Notes: generated by a model not told the origin, from the sequence alone. 64,000 nucleotides of DNA from a virus (IMGVR_UViG_3300043179_000057:1601-65600), one strand, 5' to 3'; counted from the first letter of the stretch, positions 52,673 through 61,245 are shown. Program-made: numbers and translations.

Positions 52673-55621
52673 CTACGGCCCGACCTTGATGAGGGAGGTG
52701 ACCCGGCCTATCTTCTCCGTGTGCGCCTGGAGGGCCCGGGTGAAGCCGGTCAGGGCGTTCTCCCAGCTCGCCTGCATGGCCGCCACGTTGGCCCCGCCGC
52801 GGTCCCCCGCGGTCACGTTCTTGAGCATGGCCTGCAGCTCGATAGACACCTTGGCCATGGCCTGGGCCGCCGCGACGACGTCCTTGCCCATGCCGCCGCC
52901 GCGCAGCTCGCCCTCGCGTTGGCTGGCCTCGGAGATGCCCGCCCCGATCCCGCGCTCGCGGGCCTTCCTCGACACGCCGGACGTGGCGCCTCCGCCCACC
53001 AGCTCGGGGCTCAGGCCCTTGTCCCCGGCTACCTGAACCTCCAGGAGGCCCTCGGCCTCGTCCACCGTCATGCCGAGGTTCCGTCCGAGGATGCTGCCCA
53101 CCGACCGCAGCTCGGGGCGGTAGATGTCCTGGGCCTGGCGCCGCATGTGGGCCAGCTCCTTGTTCTCGCGGGCGGACCGCTTACCCTTGCCGGCCAGCTC
53201 GTCCATCCGGTCGATGTCGAAGTTCCGCTCCTTGAGGAGGTGGCGGACGAACGCGGGGGCGTCGCCCCCCGCCTCGGAGAAGCCCTGCATGGTCTTGGCT
53301 ATCGCGCTACCGGGCTTGAACTGCTTCGACATCACGCCGACCCGGGCCGACGAGAAGCCCTGCTGGATGAACGACTGGAGGTCGCCCTTCTCCAGGCCCA
53401 TGCGCTTCATCTCGTCCGGGACGTTGCCGGTGCGCATGACCTCCAGCATCGCCGCCGGGGTCATGTCCTGCATGGCCTGCCAGGCGTAGGACCCGGCGTT
53501 CGGTGCCGCCCGTCGGGCGGCCATGTACATGAGCGCCTGGTGGAGGTTGTCGGTCTTGCCCCCGAACAGGCGCCCGGTTGCTCCCATGCCCTCAGTCAGG
53601 ATGCGGGCCTGGCGCTGCTCCATGCCGGAGGTGATCTCCCCGGGCTTGATGGCCGGGGTGTAGGCGGCCGAGGTGAGGGCGCGTATGGACTCGGCCCCCG
53701 TGAACTGGCCCACGTCCCCCGGGCCGGGCCCGAAGCCGCCCATGAGCTGCTGCATCACGGGGTTGGCGAGCTGCCGGCCGGCGGCGATCTCTAGTCCGCC
53801 CTGGCCCATGCCGATCGAGCGCTGCAGCGCCTCCAGGGCCGGAGGCAGCCTGCCGCGGGCCAGGGGCCCCCCGAACTGCGCCATGGTGCCAAACATCTCG
53901 TTGACGTTGTAGAGGCCGCCCTGCTGCATCCCGAGCAGCCTTGGTCCGTACCCCACAAACCGCTCGCCCGCGGCGCTCCGGACCGCCGCCCTGGCGCCCA
54001 CGTACTCGCTGACGTCATACCCGGCCGCCTCGGCCTGCACCTTAAGGCGGTCGAGGTCGGACATCGGGGGGCCGCCCTTCCTGGCGACCACCTCCCCGGA
54101 GATGCGGCCGGCACGCATCATGGCCATGCGGCCGAAGGCATCACTGGTCATCCGCTCCATGAGGGCGGTCTGGAGCGGGTTCTCCTGGACCTTGAGGTCC
54201 ACCCACTTCTTGAACCGCTCAGCGGCCTCGGGGCCCATGTTGCGCAGCGAGCGCTCGAAGTCGATGTCCTGCGGCAGCCTGGTGGACTCCTCGATCGTCT
54301 TGGGCTCGGCCTGGCGAGAGTGCGTCCTCGCGGGCGGCGCCTTGGCCGCCTGGAAAAACCCGCCCGGCGCCGACTCGTCCAACGTGAGCATCTCCATGGC
54401 CTCGGGGGACAGCGGCTGCCCCAGGGTCCCGAGGAACTGTCCCATCTTCTGCTTGACCCGGGTAGCGACCTGCTTGACTCCCACGGCCCCGCCAGGCGCG
54501 GTCGTCTTGCCCGTGAACTGGCTGTCGAAGGTAGGCAGGCCGGCCCTCTTAGCCGCCACCTCCTCGCGGCGCTGCCACTGCACCACGTCGGCCATGTCCT
54601 TGATGAAGTTCGGGTCCTTGCGCAGCGACATCAGGGCGCCCGCTCGGGCGGCGTCGCGGCCGAACAGGACCTGGGCCCCGAGGCCTCCTATGGCGGCCCC
54701 GGTGCGGGCCGACTTCTCGATCCCGTACATCGGCTGGCGCAGGGCCTCCTCGGTGTTTGCCAGCGCGTTGCTCTTGAGGGCCTCCGAGCCCCAGTCGTAC
54801 GCCTTGTAGGCCGCGTACCCGACGCCGAGGGGGATGCCGTACCGGGCGACCGCGGCGCCCACGCCGAACGGCAGCTTCTCCTCAAGGAAGGCCCCTACGC
54901 CTCCCCCCGCGCCTCCCCGACCTCCGCCAGCCCCGCGCCCGCCGCCGCCCGCCGCCGCAGCCGCCCCCGGAGGGGCCAGGAAGGGCTCGTTGGGCAGCGT
55001 GGTGTAGTCGCCCGCCCCCGGCCTGGGGGGGCCACCCCGACCCCTGATCGCGATCGAGCGCGTCGTCTCGGCCACCAGCTCCTGTAGGGAGGGGGCCTCT
55101 ATAGGAGCCCGGGCCGCCCCCCGCATGGCTGCGGGCGCCTGACCAGGAAGGCTGCCCATGGTGTCCTTGACCGCGGCCAGCTCCTTGACCAGGTTGCGAA
55201 CATCGTCGGTCAGGCGCTGAACGCCAACCCCCATCTGGTCCAGGGGGGCTCTGGCAGCCTGAGCGGTCGCCTGCAGCTCGCTCCGGATGGTCGAAAAGGA
55301 ACCCTTGACGCCATCGGACCCGCCTTTGAAGACGCTAATCAGGCTCTGTCCCAGCCTCAGCAGGGAGTCGGTCACTCCTCCGCCCAGACGCGCCGTCTGC
55401 TGGGCGGCCTGGAAGCCAGCGGTGGGGGCCGCCCCCGGGGTAGTGGAGACCTGGAAGGGCGCGGCCCCGAGGCCCCCCGCCCCGCCCAGCCCGAGCTGGA
55501 CGCGGGAGAAGGTCTCGACCAGCTTCTGGGCGTCGCTGATCAGCTCCCGGATCGTGTTCTGCGCCTTGCGGGCGGAGACCTCGTCTACGACGAGCTTTAT
55601 GCTTACGGTCTTCTCTGCCAC
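52673..55621 (-). CDS. Tape measure protein
   Basis: 982 aa, Ala/Gly-rich and helical; follows two small chaperone-like genes and precedes the hub. Confidence 0.72.
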   Translation of the reverse strand: MAEKTVSIKLVVDEVSARKAQNTIRELISDAQKLVETFSRVQLGLGGAGGLGAAPFQVSTTPGAAPTAGFQAAQQTARLGGGVTDSLLRLGQSLISVFKGGSDGVKGSFSTIRSELQATAQAARAPLDQMGVGVQRLTDDVRNLVKELAAVKDTMGSLPGQAPAAMRGAARAPIEAPSLQELVAETTRSIAIRGRGGPPRPGAGDYTTLPNEPFLAPPGAAAAAGGGGRGAGGGRGGAGGGVGAFLEEKLPFGVGAAVARYGIPLGVGYAAYKAYDWGSEALKSNALANTEEALRQPMYGIEKSARTGAAIGGLGAQVLFGRDAARAGALMSLRKDPNFIKDMADVVQWQRREEVAAKRAGLPTFDSQFTGKTTAPGGAVGVKQVATRVKQKMGQFLGTLGQPLSPEAMEMLTLDESAPGGFFQAAKAPPARTHSRQAEPKTIEESTRLPQDIDFERSLRNMGPEAAERFKKWVDLKVQENPLQTALMERMTSDAFGRMAMMRAGRISGEVVARKGGPPMSDLDRLKVQAEAAGYDVSEYVGARAAVRSAAGERFVGYGPRLLGMQQGGLYNVNEMFGTMAQFGGPLARGRLPPALEALQRSIGMGQGGLEIAAGRQLANPVMQQLMGGFGPGPGDVGQFTGAESIRALTSAAYTPAIKPGEITSGMEQRQARILTEGMGATGRLFGGKTDNLHQALMYMAARRAAPNAGSYAWQAMQDMTPAAMLEVMRTGNVPDEMKRMGLEKGDLQSFIQQGFSSARVGVMSKQFKPGSAIAKTMQGFSEAGGDAPAFVRHLLKERNFDIDRMDELAGKGKRSARENKELAHMRRQAQDIYRPELRSVGSILGRNLGMTVDEAEGLLEVQVAGDKGLSPELVGGGATSGVSRKARERGIGAGISEASQREGELRGGGMGKDVVAAAQAMAKVSIELQAMLKNVTAGDRGGANVAAMQASWENALTGFTRALQAHTEKIGRVTSLIKVGP

Positions 55622-55636
55622 GGGCGCCCTACCCGG

Positions 55637-56128
55637 CTACGAAGATTGGCCCCGGTGGTACTCTAGCGCATCGCGTTCAAGGTCGTCCACCGGGAAGGTC
55701 ATGTGGACGTCCGGCGGCAGCTCGACCGCCGTCCTGGGGGCCGGGTCCGAGGGGATGACCGTCTTCTCCTTTTCGGCGGCCTCCTCCGCCTCGACCTCCC
55801 GGCGGTACTGCTCGGCGTCTGCGTCGGCCGCGTCCTCCTCCCAGCGGGCCCGGCGCAGCTCCTCCTCCGTCATGGACAGGCGGCGCCGCTCGGCGTCGAG
55901 GCGGGCGGGGTCGTCCTTGGCCAGGGCCTCGTAGTGGTCCTCGTAGTAGTGCCGCAGCACGTCCTCCAGGGGCAGGTCGTCCACCTGGTGGAGCGGGGTG
56001 TGGTACTTCTCCGAGTACCAGCGGTGGATGCCCCGCAGGACGTACTCCGGGTCCTGCTTGGCCTCCGGGTCCTGGCCCCGCAGGACGTCCGCCAGGGCCC
56101 GGGTCTGGATGGCCCGGAACTCGTCCAA
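55637..56128 (-). CDS. Tail assembly chaperone, second ORF
   Basis: RWYSEKYHTPLHQVDDLPLEDVLRHYYE; in frame with the upstream ORF. Confidence 0.65.
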   Translation of the reverse strand: MDEFRAIQTRALADVLRGQDPEAKQDPEYVLRGIHRWYSEKYHTPLHQVDDLPLEDVLRHYYEDHYEALAKDDPARLDAERRRLSMTEEELRRARWEEDAADADAEQYRREVEAEEAAEKEKTVIPSDPAPRTAVELPPDVHMTFPVDDLERDALEYHRGQSS

Positions 56129-56134
56129 CGGGGG

Positions 56135-56560
56135 CTACCCCGCCGCTGGGGCCTTGGCCTCGGCCTTCTTGAGGTCGGCCTGGGCCTCCTCGGCCTGCTT
56201 CCTGATCTTCTCCTGGCGCCGCTTCTCGGGGGCCATGGCCTTGTCGTACACCTCGGAGACGATCGAGTCGTCCTCCAGGTCCATGCCGTTGCCGTTGTCG
56301 GTCCACCAGGACGGCGCCGAGACGACGCGCACCGCGAGCTGGCTGAACACCTCGGCCATCACGATCGACCGGTCGCTCGGGCGGGGCCCGCCGTCGGCGC
56401 CCCCGAGAAGCTCCCGGCGGATGCGGTCCTGGGTCAGGCGGTCGCGGTGCGACAGCCTGGTCTTGACCTTGAACACCCCCTTGCGGGTCTCCTCGGTGGT
56501 CTCGCCCTTCGCGGAGACCACGAACTCCTCCACCCCGACGTCCGCTCCCTGCTCTGCCAT
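56135..56560 (-). CDS. Tail assembly chaperone, first ORF
   Basis: Canonical position two genes upstream of the tape measure; 141 aa. Confidence 0.65.
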   Translation of the reverse strand: MAEQGADVGVEEFVVSAKGETTEETRKGVFKVKTRLSHRDRLTQDRIRRELLGGADGGPRPSDRSIVMAEVFSQLAVRVVSAPSWWTDNGNGMDLEDDSIVSEVYDKAMAPEKRRQEKIRKQAEEAQADLKKAEAKAPAAG

Positions 56561-56597
56561 CCTGCCCTCCGTTGTTGTATCTTACCAGAACCGGCGG

Positions 56598-56605
56598 TAA
56601 GATTA
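56598..56605 (-). promoter_or_regulatory. Late-promoter variant TAATCTTA
   Basis: Heads the - strand tail block. Confidence 0.5.
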
Positions 56606-56628
56606 TTTTCGGCCTTTGCTGTTTTTTG

Positions 56629-56657
56629 TTGACACCAGAAACCACCAGAGTTAGGAT
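56629..56657 (+). promoter_or_regulatory. Strong sigma70 early promoter, leaderless
   Basis: TTGACA-17nt-TAGGAT with a T-rich UP-like tract; ATG 56664 follows by 6 nt. Confidence 0.8.
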
Positions 56658-56663
56658 AGCCGT

Positions 56664-57320
56664 ATGACAAACACCACCTACGAAACAGCGACGGGGAGGA
56701 GCTGGGCCTACCACGGCGGCCTGAGGCACGTCTTCGGGTACCGAGGCTCCATCTGCGGGGAGGCTCCGAAGGCCGACGAGGGGTCGGACGGACCCACGTG
56801 CGGGAGGTGCGTCGAGCTGTCCGGGGCCGGCGACTACATCCTCAAGGCGCGCGAGGGGGCCGCCCGCCGGTACCGCTTCCCAACGCTGTGCATCCACGGC
56901 GCGGGGTGCGGCGGCTACGTGAGCTTCTCGTGGGACGGAGAGACGATCCGGCGCCCGGACGTGACGCTCCACCTCGCCCTCATCCAGTACGGGCACACCG
57001 TCATGGGCGGGTGCGACAACTCGCCCCCCACCCACGCCTGCGACTGCGAGGAGCGGCTGGCCGAGCTGGGGGACCCGCTGGCCGCGGTCGGGGTCGAGAG
57101 CGACACCGGCTGGGTCGGCGCCCGGGGCGGGCGCTGCATCACGGACTACGCCCGGACCGTCCAGTTCGTCCGCCCGCCCACCGGCGACGAGCTGGACCAG
57201 GTCAAGGAGTACCTGATCCGCAAGAACTGCCCCGGCTGGACCCCCCTCGCCTGCGTCGAGGACCCGTTCTCCGGCGGGACCAAGTTCTGCTTCAAGACCA
57301 CGATGGACTCGTCCGACTGA
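56664..57320 (+). CDS. Early hypothetical protein, apparently two-domain and Cys-rich
   Basis: 218 aa; CG…CGRC N-terminal part; VESDTGW…NCPGWT…TTMDSSD C-terminal part. Confidence 0.75.
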   Translation: MTNTTYETATGRSWAYHGGLRHVFGYRGSICGEAPKADEGSDGPTCGRCVELSGAGDYILKAREGAARRYRFPTLCIHGAGCGGYVSFSWDGETIRRPDVTLHLALIQYGHTVMGGCDNSPPTHACDCEERLAELGDPLAAVGVESDTGWVGARGGRCITDYARTVQFVRPPTGDELDQVKEYLIRKNCPGWTPLACVEDPFSGGTKFCFKTTMDSSD

Positions 57321-57351
57321 GGAAGCCCACACCCAAAGAGGAGGATACCCT

Positions 57352-57807
57352 ATGGCCGAAAAGACGATCGAGGAGCTTCAGGGCCTGAGCGTCGAGGAGG
57401 TGCGAGGTCTGGGGGCGGAGGATGCCGAGGCGCTGTGGGGGTGGGCCGTGCCCCGCCTCGCCTTCCACGCGGAGGAGGCCGCCCACCACCGAGAGGAGTT
57501 CGTGCGCCACGTCCAGGAGAGGGACCGTCTTCGCAAGCTGGTGCGCGCCGCCAAGCCGAGGCCACCCCGCCCCGCCCAGCCCACCCGCGCCACCGACCTC
57601 GTCGGCCGCGTGTACGGGCGGCTCACCATCGTCTCCCGGGCCCCGGGCAAGTACCAGAACAAGGTGCCGCTGTGGAACGCTGCGTGCCTGTGCGGGCGCG
57701 AGAAGGTGGTCAACAGCAAGGCGCTCAAGGCGGGCGACTCCAGGTCCTGCGGGTGCCTCTCGGGGCGGGTTCCGCCCCTCAACCCGATCAACGAGGCGGC
57801 GCTCTGA
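57352..57807 (+). CDS. Protein with the zinc module typical of HNH/AP2 homing endonucleases, but no nuclease domain
   Basis: DLVGRVYGRLTIV…WNAACLCG…LKAGDSRSCGCL. Confidence 0.7.
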   Translation: MAEKTIEELQGLSVEEVRGLGAEDAEALWGWAVPRLAFHAEEAAHHREEFVRHVQERDRLRKLVRAAKPRPPRPAQPTRATDLVGRVYGRLTIVSRAPGKYQNKVPLWNAACLCGREKVVNSKALKAGDSRSCGCLSGRVPPLNPINEAAL

Positions 57808-58025
57808 TGGCCTCCCAGGTCCGCAGGTGGGGAGAGATGCACTACGTCGTGGTGCACTGCTCCCGCAAGGGGTGCGACATGACGTGGAAGTCCAGCTACT
57901 TCCAGAGCCGGAAGGAGGCGGAGACCTACGGGGACGGGCTGCCGGCCCGGCCCAGGTGCCTCGCCCATGACCGAAAAAGGCGCTTGACGACGAAGAACGA
58001 AAACGCTACAGTGGAGGAACCATGA
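57807..58025 (+). CDS. Hypothetical protein
   Basis: TGATG overlap; 72 aa. Confidence 0.5.
   Translation: MASQVRRWGEMHYVVVHCSRKGCDMTWKSSYFQSRKEAETYGDGLPARPRCLAHDRKRRLTTKNENATVEEP
57984..58012 (+). promoter_or_regulatory. Putative sigma70 promoter
   Basis: TTGACG-17nt-TACAGT upstream of ATG 58022. Confidence 0.6.
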
Positions 58026-59062
58026 GCACCACGAAACGAGAGCACGCGTTGAGGGCCGAACGGAACAAGGCCCTGCTGGCCGAGAACGCCATTGCCCGTC
58101 TCGAAGGTGAGGTCACTGCCCTGAAAGAGCAGGTAAATCTGGAGCACGCCATACGGGTTGGGGACGCCGAGGGGTTCGGAGAGCGTATCCTGTCCCTGGA
58201 GGCAGACGCCGGTGTCGGATTGAGCGGCCACCTCTACGTCCTGGACGCCACCAACCTGGCGTACCGGTACTTCCACGCCTACGAGTACGTGCACTGCGGA
58301 GCCGTCTACGGCATGCTGCGGGCCCTGTCCCGGGTGCGCCAGGCCGCCCCGACCCACGCCTGCGCCGTCCTGGACGGGCCCGGCCCCACCTTCCGCCACC
58401 GGCTGCTGCCGTCCTACAAGAGCGGCCGGCCGCCGCGCCCGGAGGCGCTCGCGCGCCAGGACGGCCTGCTGCTGGAGGCCTTTTCCGCCCACGGGGTGCC
58501 CGCCCTGACCTCCGAGGGGGTGGAGGCGGACGACCTGGCGGCGGCTCTATGCGGAAACGCGCTGCGCGAGGGGATGGAGGTGACGGTCGTGTCGGCCGAC
58601 AAGGACCTGACCCAGCTCATGGCCAGCCCGGGGGTCCGGGTGATCAACCCGGCGGGGTGGGAGGAGGTCGCCCCCGAGGACGTGGAGCGGCGCCTGGGGG
58701 TGCCCCCGCGCCTGGTGGGCGATCTGCTGGCCCTGGCGGGGGACCCGGGGGACGGCGTCCCGGGCGTCCCCGGGATCGGCCCCAAGACGGCCGCCGCCCT
58801 GCTCACGCGGGCGGGCTCCCTGGAGGCGCTGCGCGACTCCGCCCACCTGGTCCGCGGCAAGCGGGGGGAGGCACTGCGCAAGTCGATGGCCGACGGGTCC
58901 CTGGAGCTGTCCCGGGTCCTGGTCGGGCTCGACTCGGACGCCTCCGTCCCCGGCATGGGGGAGCTAAGGCTGCCCCCGCCCGACCACCGGGCCGTTCGGG
59001 CCCTGTGCCTCAGGCTGGGGTTCCGGGACCTGGCCCCGCCGGACTGGCCGGAGGGCTTCTGA
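58022..59062 (+). CDS. 5'-3' exonuclease / flap endonuclease (PolA N-terminal-like) with an N-terminal coiled coil
   Basis: VLDATNLAYR, RHRLLPSYKSGR, GVEADD, SADKDLTQL, GDPGDGVPGVPGIGPKTA. Confidence 0.92.
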   Translation: MSTTKREHALRAERNKALLAENAIARLEGEVTALKEQVNLEHAIRVGDAEGFGERILSLEADAGVGLSGHLYVLDATNLAYRYFHAYEYVHCGAVYGMLRALSRVRQAAPTHACAVLDGPGPTFRHRLLPSYKSGRPPRPEALARQDGLLLEAFSAHGVPALTSEGVEADDLAAALCGNALREGMEVTVVSADKDLTQLMASPGVRVINPAGWEEVAPEDVERRLGVPPRLVGDLLALAGDPGDGVPGVPGIGPKTAAALLTRAGSLEALRDSAHLVRGKRGEALRKSMADGSLELSRVLVGLDSDASVPGMGELRLPPPDHRAVRALCLRLGFRDLAPPDWPEGF

Positions 59063-59071
59063 GGGCGGGCC

Positions 59072-59100
59072 TTGACGGACGCCCCGGTCTGGCGGATTAT
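59072..59100 (+). promoter_or_regulatory. Putative sigma70 promoter, leaderless
   Basis: TTGACG-17nt-GATTAT; ATG 59108 follows by 7 nt. Confidence 0.5.
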
Positions 59101-59107
59101 GGCCTGG

Positions 59108-59335
59108 ATGCCAAGCGAGACGAAGCTGACGAGCCAGGGGGTGAGGGACCTCAACCTGGTGGGCGCCAGGACGAGGCGGCCCTCCCCGCCCCCCGAGGAG
59201 GCCTGCGCCCACCCGTTCAACTACACCCAGAAAGAGGACGGCTACAAGCCGGGGGTCGGCCCCTTCGTCTCCCGCGTGACCAGGTGCGCCAGGTGCGGGG
59301 TCGTACTCAAGGACGACCCGATCGTGTGGTGGTAA
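59108..59335 (+). CDS. Small zinc-finger-like protein
   Basis: CAH…CARCG. Confidence 0.55.
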   Translation: MPSETKLTSQGVRDLNLVGARTRRPSPPPEEACAHPFNYTQKEDGYKPGVGPFVSRVTRCARCGVVLKDDPIVWW

Positions 59336-59336
59336 G

Positions 59337-59513
59337 GTGCCCCCCCACGAGGCGCCGTGCTACCTGTGCGCAAGGAACCGGGTGCCGGTACGCCAGGACC
59401 GGACGCCGGTGTGCGAGACCTGCGAGGAGCGCCACCTCCAGCCGGCGGCGCCCGATCGGGAGATCAAGGACGACCGCACCCCCCCGATGGGGACGAGGCG
59501 CTACGGGACGTGA
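59337..59513 (+). CDS. Small CxxC-CxxC protein (not in the ORF track)
   Basis: GTG 59337: PPHEAPCYLCARNR…VCETCEERH; stop overlaps the next GTG. Confidence 0.55.
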   Translation: MPPHEAPCYLCARNRVPVRQDRTPVCETCEERHLQPAAPDREIKDDRTPPMGTRRYGT

Positions 59514-59692
59514 GCGCCGAGGCGTGGTTCTTCGCGGTGCAGGTAGACAACGGGCGCTGCGGCCACTGCGGGGAGGGCAAGGACCCGCTGGAGGTGTGCC
59601 TGATGGACGCGAAGCTCCAGAGGGAGCACCATCGGGGCTGCCTGGTCTGCGCCGAGTGCCGGAGGCGCCAGGAGCGGGAGTACGGGCCGTGA
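59510..59692 (+). CDS. Small CxxC-CxxC protein
   Basis: SAEAWFFAVQVDNGRCGHCG…CLVCAEC; GTGA overlaps. Confidence 0.55.
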   Translation: MSAEAWFFAVQVDNGRCGHCGEGKDPLEVCLMDAKLQREHHRGCLVCAECRRRQEREYGP

Positions 59693-60153
59693 TGATTGGG
59701 TACGTGCACTCGGATGACACAGTCAATGTGTGGGGACCGCATGGGGTCGAGCGGATGTCGCGAGAGAGATTCCTCCTCATGAAGGCGGGAATCTCTCCGC
59801 TCAGACCTCACGCCGAGCAAGGACACGCCGAGCGGGTGGTGGCCCGCGCCATAGAGCGGGACCGCCCACGGGCGGAGATGGTCGCACGAGAGCCGAGACA
59901 CACGGTCTCGGTCATGAACGTGATATCGAAGGACCCTCCCGCAAGGTCGCGATGCGAGATTTGTGACCATGAGTTCTGCCCGCTACCGAAGGCGCCGGCT
60001 AGCTGGTCAGACGGCCCTCGCCGTCACGAGGATGACGATGCCGTAGACCTGCAGCCGTACCTATGTAGCGAGTGCCTCAATCCGAAGCCACCCCAGATGA
60101 GGCCAAGACGCCCCTGGTGGCTGCCGGCGGTCAGGCTCCTGGCCAGGATATGA
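59689..60153 (+). CDS. Hypothetical protein with CxxC pairs
   Basis: CEICDHEFC…LCSEC. Confidence 0.55.
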   Translation: MMIGYVHSDDTVNVWGPHGVERMSRERFLLMKAGISPLRPHAEQGHAERVVARAIERDRPRAEMVAREPRHTVSVMNVISKDPPARSRCEICDHEFCPLPKAPASWSDGPRRHEDDDAVDLQPYLCSECLNPKPPQMRPRRPWWLPAVRLLARI

Positions 60154-60293
60154 GCTGGCTCCTGGATCGCTACGTGCTCGACTGGTGGTCCCTCGTCCAC
60201 CTCCTCGGGTGGGCGGCCCTGGGGGCCGCCCTGGCCATCCGCATGCGGGGGCGCGGTACGTCGTCGAGGTGGCCAAGAACGCCCGCCGGGTGA
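60150..60293 (+). pseudogene. Truncated membrane protein
   Basis: LDWWSLVHLLGWAALGAALAI hydrophobic start, then an abrupt change of sequence character. Confidence 0.4.
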
Positions 60294-60577
60294 GGTTCCC
60301 GGGCGAGGGGACGCACGCCCCGGTGCCGGCCGAAGCCGCCGGCCAGGACGTCCCCCTGGTCAACGCGCCGCAGATCGACGTGTCCGAGCTGGGGTCCTGC
60401 CTGGCCAACGGGGAGCCCTTCGCGGTCGCCTGGTGGCAGCGCGCCGACGGGATGTTCGTGTACAGCCTGAGGTCCCAGGAGCCTAGCAAGGTGGACGTAT
60501 CCGCCGTCGCCAAGGCGTTCGGCGGCGGGGGCCACGCCCGCGCCGCCGGGTTCCAGGTCCGCGAGCTGCTCTTCTAG
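60269..60577 (+). CDS. Isolated DHHA1 domain (C-terminal part of a DHH phosphoesterase)
   Basis: VYSLRS…VDVSAVAKAFGGGGHARAAGF; no DHH domain upstream. Confidence 0.65.
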   Translation: MAKNARRVRFPGEGTHAPVPAEAAGQDVPLVNAPQIDVSELGSCLANGEPFAVAWWQRADGMFVYSLRSQEPSKVDVSAVAKAFGGGGHARAAGFQVRELLF

Positions 60578-60579
60578 CC

Positions 60580-60705
60580 CTACCAGGGCCCGAGGGCCGG
60601 GGGCCGGAGGCGTCGCTCGACGCGCAGGACGAGGTCTAGCAGGCGCAGCAGCGGCACGGCCACCGCCCACCTGAAGAGCCAGTGCGCCGCCCTGCGCACG
60701 CGCAC
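60580..60705 (-). CDS. Small hydrophobic/basic peptide
   Basis: RVRRAAHWLFRWAVAVPLLRLLDLVLR; 41 aa. Confidence 0.4.
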   Translation of the reverse strand: MRVRRAAHWLFRWAVAVPLLRLLDLVLRVERRLRPPALGPW

Positions 60706-60707
60706 GC

Positions 60708-61037
60708 CTACCTGGAGCAGGTCCCGCAGGGGCCGGGCCGGTACTGGTGCCCCACGCCGGCCCTCTCCCTGGCGGGGGCCGCCCTCCTGCAGGCCTCGCG
60801 GCCCCAGCCACAGGTGCGGCAGGACTGCCTGGAGCCGGCGCAGCGCCGGCACGAGGGGGCGGTGGGGGTGCGGACCGGGTCCGGAGGGGAGGGCGCGGGC
60901 GCCTCGGGGGCCGCGACGACCCCCTCCACGGCGGCCGGGGGCGGATCGGTCGGTTCGGCTACGGGATCGGTCGGTTGTCGGTCGATCCCCTCGGGGGCCA
61001 CGGAGGCCCCCTCCGCCCTCTTCCTCCGCCTCCCCAC
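60708..61037 (-). CDS. Pro-rich protein with C-terminal CxxC motifs
   Basis: 109 aa; CRRC, CRTC, CGTC. Confidence 0.5.
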   Translation of the reverse strand: MGRRRKRAEGASVAPEGIDRQPTDPVAEPTDPPPAAVEGVVAAPEAPAPSPPDPVRTPTAPSCRRCAGSRQSCRTCGWGREACRRAAPARERAGVGHQYRPGPCGTCSR

Positions 61038-61049
61038 GTCCTACGCCCC

Positions 61050-61211
61050 CTAGCCCCGGCGGCGCCAGCGGGCCCAGCGCGGCGACTTGATGCCTGCGAC
61101 CATGCAGGACGCCCACCAGAGGCCGAACGAGGCCAGGTCGGCGACGTCGGTCGCGAGCGCCAGCGGCCACGCGGCCAGCAGGCGGGACTTCTTGATGATG
61201 TGGTGCAACAT
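61050..61211 (-). CDS. Small hydrophobic protein, 53 aa
   Basis: ATG 61211 with RBS GGAGG, downstream of a late motif. Confidence 0.5.
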   Translation of the reverse strand: MLHHIIKKSRLLAAWPLALATDVADLASFGLWWASCMVAGIKSPRWARWRRRG

Positions 61212-61226
61212 TTCTTACCTCCAGGG

Positions 61227-61235
61227 TAAGATTGC
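61227..61235 (-). promoter_or_regulatory. Putative late promoter GCAATCTTA
   Basis: Same motif as in the tail module. Confidence 0.6.
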
Positions 61236-61245
61236 CCCCGAGGGC

